Positions 56,001 to 64,000 of a DNA stretch of 64,000 nucleotides are shown one piece after another (position 1 is the first letter of the stretch; every line of letters starts with the position of its first letter). The stretch is taken from NCBI GenBank assembly GCA_964106645.2, contig OZ067051.1. One strand, 5' to 3'. The translations under genes were made by a program, and so were the position numbers. The DNA is from Podarcis pityusensis. Its lineage: Eukaryota. The notes below the pieces were generated by a model that was not told where the DNA came from, did no database searches, and was given only the letters and a program-made list of their open reading frames with translations.

Positions 56001-59000
56001 TTGAAAAAAGAGACATTGCACATACTTTTGTAAACCAAGAAATCTTTAATAAAAATGTTTTAAATGGGTTAAAAAATACCTGATGGTATTGTAATCAATC
56101 TGTAACATGGCTCCTTACATTTTCTATTGATTAGGTCATTCCCCCCCTGTAAAGTGTGCACTGTCTATCCATATTAATTCTCTTAATTTTAATAGACTCG
56201 ATAGGAGATGGCCATAAAAGTGTTTTCCTTTCCAGCAGATTTTTATATTTCTCCCAAACTCTATACAGATTCTTCCTAAGAATATGGTTCATAAAACTTT
56301 TATAAATTTTCACCTTCCCATACTAAAAACATGCATGCCAGCCGAATTTTAAGTCATGACCTACAAACAAAGTAGTGTTATTCTCAATTCACAGATGGAA
56401 AAATGAGACTACGAATGTGATTTGCCTGAGGCTTTTCAGGGCTCGAATCTCTTCTGGAGAGAAAGTTAGCTAACAAACCAGGCTGTATCATGTTTAGCTG
56501 AATGTAGGGCTTTCCTGACCATCTCAGGTTACTGGGTAGAATGGGGAATTTTCAATCAGGTGGCAAGAGAGAGAGAGACCACATCTATAGACACCACTTT
56601 CTGCTCCTCAGTGGTGAGGGCAGCAGCTCACATTTCCTGGCACTGTGGGAAGACATTCCTAACCCCACAGAGATTATTAGACTCCTCTAAGACCATTCAT
56701 GATAGCTGTGGATTACATGAAATTCTTCTTGTAATCCAATCCAAATAACTTTATCGTTCTAGCATTGGCCATAACAAATCTGAATCAAAAATAAATACAC
56801 AAATAAAAGGATGATTCACCACAAATAATAGTCTCTGCTTAGATCTCTCTGTCACCCTTACAGTTCAATGCTATATTGTCCAGGGTCTTCTTTCTGCTCT
56901 TTTTGGCCACCAGAGCAAAAAGGGCAACTTTGCAAGTCACTGAAGTGTTTGCATCACTAAGAAGCTGTAGAAGGGGGAGACAGCTTTCTTGTACAGGTGG
57001 TTGGGTGAGAAATCACCTCCTAGGACCAGTGTATAGCGGGCAATATAGTAAATAGTGCAAGATGTTGTCCACCTGCAGTTGCCCACATATAGAGTCTGTC
57101 TTTGTACAGTATACCCTGTGGTATTGTCCATCCAAGATGGTGAAGGGCATAGCTTGAAAATGCAGCTCGATAAAAGTGATTCTTAGTGAGGCTGGCCGGA
57201 GATTCAGCAGGGGACTGGCTCTAAAAGGGACTGTTTTTAGAAGGGGGAATCAGGGAGAACATTTAGAGGATTTGATCACTTGCAGATTGCGTAGTGATTC
57301 TGTCCAATGACACCAATCCCTTAATTGACGTTTGTCTGTGGATATAATCTCCTCTAGCTCATGGAAATAATAAGAATTCAAGTTACATTGGTTGTTAGAT
57401 TTCCACCATTGGCTGTTCTCCAATTCCACATAGTACAAGGCTGGCAAGCACTCGCATGGCATGGAGGAGTTTTTTCAGGTAATTAAATCTGGTACAGTCC
57501 GCTCTTGCACTTAACGTTGTCCATCCAGCTTCTGTACATAAGAGTGCAACTGCTGTTCCCTTGAGCAGGGAAAATAATCTCTTGAGAAATTGGTTTTGTA
57601 CCGTTTCTAACCCCTTAATAGCACTCTCATCCTCACCCCAGTTTTTGACTCCATAAAGCATTTGAGGGATCACTTTACTGCCAAATACTTTCAGCGTGGG
57701 ATCAAACTGTTTCCTGCCCTTTATGAAGTAAAACTTCTTCAGAGCCCTGGTCACTCTCTACATTCTGATTTTCATCACCTTGGTGTGCCACCTCCAAGTC
57801 ACTGTTTCACTGAAAAAGACTCCAATATATTTGAAAACACAGGTTTTCTCTAGTTCATGGTGCTCAAGGGTCCATTTATATCGGATGTGAGGGTGATCTG
57901 GCTAAGACATCTGTCACCCCATTGATTGCCAGGGTTGACTCGGTTGTTCTGGTTGGCTAGGCAGGTGTCCCTCACCACTCCATGTGCGTCCCTCCCGAAA
58001 CTGCACACCCAGTGGAAGAGGATGATCATCCCAGATAGAAGAAGCGTACCGTTCTTCTTGTAATTTGCCCTTAAATCTTTCCACCACAGCTAGATTAATC
58101 TGCATGAGAAGGGTTCTCTTTTTGCTGGTTTGGGTTGAATTTCCAGTGCCAGGAATACACAGTGAACCATCTTCCTCTCCAAGGGTGCCAACTCCTGGGG
58201 ACCCAATCCTTTTGGACACCCCAATATTTTTGGGGGTGCCCCCCAATGTTCTGAAAAATCAAGGCCAAGCACGGCGTACCTTCAGTGGCCAGCTCCTTCT
58301 CCTCCTGCTGCCACAGAGGGGAAGGAGAGGAGAAGCAGCTCCGAGACAGTGGTGGCAGAAGGAGGAGGAGTCAGCAGCCATTGATGCCGTGCTGCCGCCG
58401 CATTCCTACCTCCTCCAGCATCATGAATCGATCCCACACACAACCTTGGCCCACCACCTCCCTCACAAGTTGGCACCTCTGTTGCTCCCCCTTGCTCCAT
58501 GTTATGTGTTTTGTTTTTTCCTATATTTAACTAGCCACCCAATCCCATATGTTCTCTGAGAAGTCCACCATCTAGAAGATCTCTATGTTCTTTTTTGAAA
58601 CTCCACATAAATGGCTTGTCATGTGTCCCAAATTCAAATTAGATGCTGATACAAGTTTTTGGCTCTTGAGTGAAATCATGCAGAATTAACAGTGCCAATT
58701 TCACAGGGCAGCAACACCATGAACTGTATTCTATACACCAGAAAATATTAACAACCAAGAGTATAAATAACTGATGAGGATACAGACTGCTCACTGGGTC
58801 TAGAGGTGGGCAAGGTTTGGGGCCTGGCGCCCGGCCCCGCCATCCTCTCAAAGCCCCACCGCCCCACCCCTTGGTCACCACGGTACTTGCTGGGTTTCCG
58901 CCAAATTCAAATTTGCCCTATCTGCAGCGGCTTGGGGGGCAGGGGAGGAGGAGAGGACTGCATCTGAGCAGTCCAAAAGTAGAAAAGGGGATTGGAACTG

Positions 59001-62000
59001 ATACCAGCAGCGCAGTTGTCCCCAGAGCGTCATCGGAAGAAGACTAAGAAGACACAGCGAGAGGAGCGTCATGGGACAATTGGGTAAAAGCACTGGAGTC
59101 AGAGGAGACCCCCAAGTGCAGAGGAGCACTGGCAGCAAGGCACAGCTCATCCGAGCCAAGCACTGGAGTCAGCTGAAGTTCCCAGGTGTGGCGGAGCACC
59201 GGAGTCCTTTAACCCTTGGAAGGGTTGGAAGTGCACAGGGACACGCCAGCGCTTTAGCCCGCAGTTGGTCACATTTTCGGAGGAGCGCCCAGGCAACGGG
59301 CCCGATCGCTGGAGTTGCCCCTCTCAAGCTTTGCTGCTCGCACGTGGCAGGCGCCATTTTGCGTGCATGTGGCCACACTGCTGGATCTTGGTTGGGGGGG
59401 GGGTAAGTACAGAACCATATTATGACTAGTGCTTTCTGTAATGCCAGCAGTAGGTCTGCCCTAGTTGTGGAAGCACTTGTGCCCGATTCTCAAAATGCTC
59501 CATCTGTGTGGCTGCCTGTAGATCTCAGATTTGGAATTTCAGGGTTTACATTTTGTCTGCCATGTTTTGAAGCAGCATCTCATGGGACTCTTAAGGCCCT
59601 GGATGCACGTATGGTTGGTAACGTCTGATTCTCAGCATGAGTGGAGTTTGCATGTATTTATTAGTATATTGGGTCTATAGGTGAAGTTCACGTGAGCCTT
59701 TTAAGAAATGCTGGGGCCTTTAAGACATGGGATGCATGCGTAGTTAAAACGTTTGCATTTAAGCGTGAATAGGGCCTGCATGAGTTTATGCGCTGGTATA
59801 GAAGGCGCTCCCTTTAGTCAGCATAGCTCACTGGACAAAGCCAGGTGTGCTGATTTATTCCCTGCATGGGGCTTGGGACTTGGAGCAGTGGCGGATCCCC
59901 GGATGGTGATAGCACGTGTGGCTGGATAGCTCAGTCAGCATCGTATGAGACTCTTAGTCTCAGGGTTGTGGGTTCAAGTCCCACATTGAGCAAAAAGTTG
60001 TTTGTTGGGTGTAGTGAAGGGTTAACCTTCTGTGCCTCAAGCCTGAGAGGAGGCGCGTACAAGGGAAGTACGCCAGGACGTGACAAAAGCAGCTTGGAAT
60101 GCTGTGAGCTGAGTGAAAAGCGGAAGCAGTTTGTTGCGTAGCTGCAAACAGAGGGAGAAGATGCAGCTTGAATCTAATGGCTGTTATTGATTGTAAATAT
60201 GCTACTTTTGAGCAAATAAAGGGATATTAGGACAGAAGAAACGTGTGGGACTTGTTTACTGCTCTTTCGACACACACCGCTGTGTAATTCTGCTAATTGC
60301 TTTACGACCGCTCGAAAGCCACACTGCGTAAACAGAAGCTACAGAGGCTCGCAGGGGAAGCGTGGCTGGGCGCCGAACAGTAAAGCAATAAATCTACCGA
60401 ACATTGTTTCCTGCATAGCAGGGGATTAGACCAGATGACCCTTGTGGTCCCTTCCAACTCTACAATTCTAGGATCCTTTGCAAGATGCAGATGGAACAAC
60501 CATATGGAACAACCACACACCCCAGCATTACAGGCTGGATAGCTCAGTGGTTAGAGCATGGTACTTATTATGCCAATACACAGGGTATTACTGATACCCA
60601 CATAGTATAATGTCTCACTTCCTGTGCTACAGGTGGAAATAGCTTAGTAGTTAGGGCGTGCTGCTATTAATACCAGGCTGCAGGTTTTGATCCCCATTTT
60701 GATCCCCAGCACATATTCTTGTGTGCTGGGTGGTTGAGCTAGATGACCCGGGGTCCCTTCCAACTCTATAGTTTTATGGAAGGATACAGATAAACTATGT
60801 GTGCTGTTTGTATATATATGTATATAGGCATACATGCTGTGTTTAGACTTACATGCTGTTATCCCCTTGGCTTCGAGTATGGTAAGTTCTCCGGCCTGCA
60901 GTCTTCCCATTCCGAAGCTCCACAGCCGGCAATTCTTTGAAGTAGCAACAGAACTGCTGAATGTTACTGTTGAAAGAAAGAGATGTGAACCAGAAATATG
61001 TACCAAGAGGGACAGAAAAGAAACCAAAGGATTTAACTGTTTTCTTTGTAACCCAGCAATGAATAGCTGTAGGGCAGCTATAAAGCGCACACACAGATGT
61101 AACTTGAACATTCTACAATTGCCTCTCAAATACCTGCATGTTAACACACTTGAAATTAAACTGCGCAGTAAGAGGTCGGTCTTACGGATCCTCTTTTCAA
61201 ACATCACAGGAAGTTTTATTTGCAAATATATTACAGGGTTTTGTCAGTTTTAGATATGCCACTGGTGGGAATGCAAACTGACATAAATGGAGCTGCAAAA
61301 CTTGCTCTTATGGGTGTAGAGAGACCCTTCAGATGCACATATTTTAGCCTCAGTGAAATGTCCTACTCTCTCAATACATCACAGGGTGCACAACAACACT
61401 TAGCCTAGAAGCCAATTACAGAAGTGGGATTTTTAAAAATAAAGCAATGAGTACCTGAGTGACTGAAGAATCGCATTCATGAAACATGTGTTACCCAGAT
61501 TCCGAAGGCCTGTAGCACACAGGGCTGTGGTGCTTCCCTGTGAACCAGAGACATCAAGGCAAACGAGTCATCTTACAATAGGCTATACATAATCTTCCAT
61601 CCACCTGCTTTCTTTGAAACAGAGGGCTACATGCCTACATCAAGTTTTAAAAGTATTACATATAAATACTCTCATCCAATGAGAGTATGCCACACAGAAT
61701 TCAGAACACACAGAATGATAGATTCGAGCCAAACCCACAAAGCTTTAACACAGCTTGTGAAAGGGCTGTCACAAATTGCACAAGTGGAACAGCTGTGTGC
61801 CCACCAGAGGAACAAAGCACCCAAATTTTCACACCTAATTCTGGCTGGGCTGAGACCACCAGTGACCCAGATAATAAATAAATAAGATAATACATAATAT
61901 AATAAATTAATAATAATACTTCTCTTATTAGGTCCACTTTGCAAGCAAAATAGTATTTATTCTTTATTAATATTTTCGATTCTGCATGTAACGTAGGCTA

Positions 62001-63142
62001 GGCTGAGAGCAGGATATGCTGTTCAAGGTCACATGGGGGAGCTTTATGCTAAAAGCATGGAATTATTTTATTTGTTATTTGTCTTGTCATTTGATCTCTT
62101 AGCTAGCTTGGGTTCCTTTAGGAAATTATGCAGGGCAGAATTTTAGAATGAATGAGTGAATAGATGCTGAACCCAGCTTTCCTCCAGGCCATGTCTGGGA
62201 AACTTGCAGCCAGGTTGCAACCAGTCCAAAGGGCTCTCCAGGCTTTATCAGACACCACAGCCTGCTCTAGCCTCCCTGAGCAGGCAGAGGCACAGTGCCC
62301 AATTGCACAAGCAAGTGCTAGGCCCAGCAAGGAAGCCACGACAGCGACAGCAGCAGTGAGAAGATACTGTAATGGTTCTTGCATTCCCTTCCCCTTATCA
62401 GCAGGATCACATGCACTTGGTGTTTCTACTGCTTTTGCAAGCAGCTGGGACAAGAAAGCTGTTCCCTCTTTTCTCCGTGACTAGCAAGAAGGAGGCAGTG
62501 CATGAAGGATTTCATCTGCCCTGTTTGGGCAAGTATGAGCACCAGCAAAGACATGAAGACTGCCACAGTTCTACTCTAGCCTGCAGCATTAAGAAATCTT
62601 GGAGTTGGGAGGGAGGGAGGGAGGGAGGGAGACAGACTTTAAAAAGACCCCCACAGGTCATTAATTCACAAGAAAAAAATCAACTGGGGTCTCTGGTAAT
62701 TGACTGGCCACCTGGTGAGTCAATGACCTTTGATAGAAAAAAGATTGTCATCCTTGTCTCCACATGCCCAGAACAGAATGGTAGCTCAAGATCAGATACC
62801 CTAAAGAATAAGACTTGCTTCAAATTAAAAATATTTTGGGCAGTCAGAATAGTGACCTCTTTGGAGGCTTTGGTATTTAAAACTAGACAAGGTAATGAGC
62901 CTATTTCAATACACAATTGTGTGTGCACCACCAACACTGGAGTGTCACTCAAGAACCAGCAGGCAAGAGTATATTAGAAAGGTATGCTAACAGCCCAAGA
63001 CATTTACTAAATGAGCTCCACTGATTAATGAAATCTGCTCCAAAATTATGTTGTACCTACATTTATTTTTAACAATTTGCTGTTTAGGGAAGAGTCTTCC
63101 AGAAGTTTTCTTTTCCTCTGTCGGTCTGCCGCAAAAGCTGAA
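46922..63142 (-). CDS. USP3: Ubiquitin-specific peptidase 3, 3' portion (11 coding exons; ZnF-UBP exons lie beyond window end)
   Basis: Cys box [23 protein letters not shown], His box [14 protein letters not shown]...WFHFNDS, C-terminus [10 protein letters not shown]; exons join in phase. Confidence 0.97.
48556..48623 (-). CDS. USP3: USP3 exon ([22 protein letters not shown])
   Basis: cag|CCAG...CAGG|gtgag. Confidence 0.94.
48736..48849 (-). CDS. USP3: USP3 exon ([11 protein letters not shown]...KCYLLE)
   Basis: cag|GTGC...AGAG|gtac. Confidence 0.95.
49844..49962 (-). CDS. USP3: USP3 exon ([22 protein letters not shown]...QKLPK)
   Basis: tag|ATTG...AAAG|gtgag. Confidence 0.94.
50113..50190 (-). 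CDS. USP3: USP3 exon ([25 protein letters not shown])
   Basis: tag|ACCT...CCAG|gtagg. Confidence 0.93.
50280..50386 (-). CDS. USP3: USP3 exon ([13 protein letters not shown]...KFDPFL)
   Basis: cag|AAAT...CTAG|gtaa. Confidence 0.94.
50660..50960 (+). mobile_element. CR1 LINE 3' fragment
   Basis: ATGAAGTTGAATGCTGGGAGATTCAGGACAG...GATGTGGTGATGGCTACCAACTTGGATG; homologous to 5760-5920. Confidence 0.65.
51308..51550 (-). mobile_element. Sauria SINE, 5'-truncated, with 11-bp TSD
   Basis: ACCTTT-type tail and BovB-like 3' segment; TSD GCATCAGCTGT at 51297-51307 and 51551-51561. Confidence 0.88.
51814..51960 (-). CDS. USP3: USP3 exon ([19 protein letters not shown]...RCC)
   Basis: aag|GGGC...GCAT|gtaag. 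Confidence 0.94.
55739..55852 (-). CDS. USP3: USP3 exon ([16 protein letters not shown]...KIMPNF)
   Basis: cag|TTCA...TTAG|gtaag. Confidence 0.94.
56080..56375 (-). mobile_element. Third fragment of the same L1-like family
   Basis: ORF 56131-56313 [31 protein letters not shown] shares motifs with the two copies above. Confidence 0.65.
56850..57900 (-). mobile_element. Decayed non-LTR retrotransposon ORF2 3' part (RTE-X-like; clade uncertain)
   Basis: [22 protein letters not shown]...[13 protein letters not shown]...TEAG, then CGQ...HYLLYCPLY remnant. Confidence 0.65.
58180..58481. mobile_element. MITE-like element
   Basis: Inverted ends AGGGTGCCAACT / AGTTGGCACCT. Confidence 0.5.
59920..60470 (+). 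mobile_element. tRNA-Lys-derived, CR1-tailed SINE split by the solo LTR
   Basis: Head GGCTGGATAGCTCAGTC...GAGACTCTTAGTCTCAGGGTTGTGGGTTCAAGTCCCAC (59920-59997); tail TCCTGCATAGCAGGGG...GGTCCCTTCCAACTCTACAATTCTA (60409-60470). Confidence 0.8.
60003..60403. mobile_element. Solo LTR (401 bp) with 5-bp TSD
   Basis: TGTTGGGT...ACCGAACA ends, TSD TTGTT at 59998-60002 and 60404-60408, internal AATAAA at 60215-60220. Confidence 0.8.
60533..60780 (+). mobile_element. Two decayed tRNA-Ile-like SINE heads, the second with a CR1-type tail
   Basis: GGCTGGATAGCTCAGTGGTTAGAGCATGGT; ATAGCTTAGTAGTTAGGGCGTG...GGTTTTGATCCCC...GGTCCCTTCCAACTCTA. Confidence 0.6.
60853..60966 (-). CDS. USP3: USP3 exon ([21 protein letters not shown]...QGDNS)
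   Basis: cag|TAAC...GCAT|gtaag. Confidence 0.94.
61455..61537 (-). CDS. USP3: USP3 exon with catalytic Cys box ([27 protein letters not shown])
   Basis: cag|GGAAG...CTCAG|gtac. Confidence 0.95.
63061..63142 (-). CDS. USP3: USP3 exon ([27 protein letters not shown])
   Basis: cag|TTCAGC...ATAAAT|gtagg. Confidence 0.88.
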
Positions 63143-64000
63143 CTGTAGTAATGAATAAATTGGTTAAGACATATTAAGAAATCTAAAGAAAACATACCAA
63201 AGATAATCTTGGCCACAATGTCTTGACAACTGCATAGTCACATTTGCAATGATTCCTTTACATACAACAGTGAGACTGATCATTGGTTATAGAAGTTATA
63301 ATACAAAATAGTCATCTTAAAATAATTTCAGAGCACACACTCAAATCTATTCTATTTTCAATAGCATGCAATTATAAAATACCCAAATTAATCTGATTAG
63401 GTTATGCTACAGCAAACACCCTTGAGTATGCCCTAATTAGAACTAAAATTTATGATCTAAAATAACGAACTCCACTTTCTTGATCAAAGGCTACTTGGTA
63501 GAGTATCCCCACAAGAGTCCATCTCTGCTCATACAAGCATTGTTCTAAACATGAAACTTAAGCTTGCCAAAGTAGACAACTGAAAGTATGCTACATCTGG
63601 AACCAACAGACTTCCATCAATGGACTCCAGGCCAGCAGCAGGCTTTTGCAGTTTAAGCCCATTGTGGTGACAGGTGTTTGGCATCACTAATGCAGCACAG
63701 GGGAGGGCCAACCCACGTATGGATACAGTACACCAGGAAGTTCTGCTATGCAAGTCTCACAGAAATAAACAGCAACTATACAAAACCACAGTGTGCTCTT
63801 GCACAGCTCCTATTTATTACAGTGAAGCCTACACAGGAGAATTTCCCAGTGGATTTTGTTCCATGTCAATTAGCGTGCCTCTAGATTTTCAGCATGCACC
63901 CATGCTGTCCTTTCACATACAAAGGACAAACTACTAAAAAGGAATGGCATCACAATGCTAAATGAGCAACATCCACTTTCAGAAAGACACATATAAGTAT

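Noticed and set aside
59920-59995. tRNA-Lys-like gene
   Set aside because: The D-arm is damaged and the sequence continues into a CR1-type tail, so it is a SINE head and not a functional tRNA.
60644-62977. Long ORFs of 193, 139 and 201 aa around USP3 exons
   Set aside because: Off-frame or antisense to real exons, or intronic; no recognisable protein features.

Overview
Eukaryotic (vertebrate) genomic DNA, not a prokaryotic window. The repeat content (BovB RTE LINE, Sauria SINE, tRNA-headed CR1-tailed SINEs, Penelope-type ends) points to a squamate reptile, probably a lacertid lizard (inference). It holds the conserved HERC1-FBXL22-USP3 neighbourhood. HERC1 is on the + strand as its last 33 coding exons (1084-34298; WD40, RCC1-like domain 2, HECT), with the 5' part outside the window. 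FBXL22 is complete on the - strand (2 exons, 41225-35706, 226 aa). USP3 is on the - strand as its last 11 coding exons (63142-46922), again with the 5' part outside the window. All exon boundaries were read by hand as GT-AG with consistent phases. Most ORF-track entries are exon fragments, transposon relics or noise. I see no evidence of a new multi-gene system. The most notable signals are: (1) a 132-bp Penelope-type insertion with a 14-bp target-site duplication (TSD) and an intact minimal hammerhead-ribozyme core, on the USP3/FBXL22 sense strand between the two genes; (2) a 401-bp solo LTR splitting a tRNA-Lys SINE; (3) a compact CArG/MCAT/MEF2/E-box module upstream of FBXL22; (4) a BovB copy inactivated only by in-frame TGA stops, plus its partner Sauria SINE; (5) an inverted pair of L1-like fragments in the FBXL22 intron. 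Comparisons to human proteins and repeat families come from memory, not from database searches.
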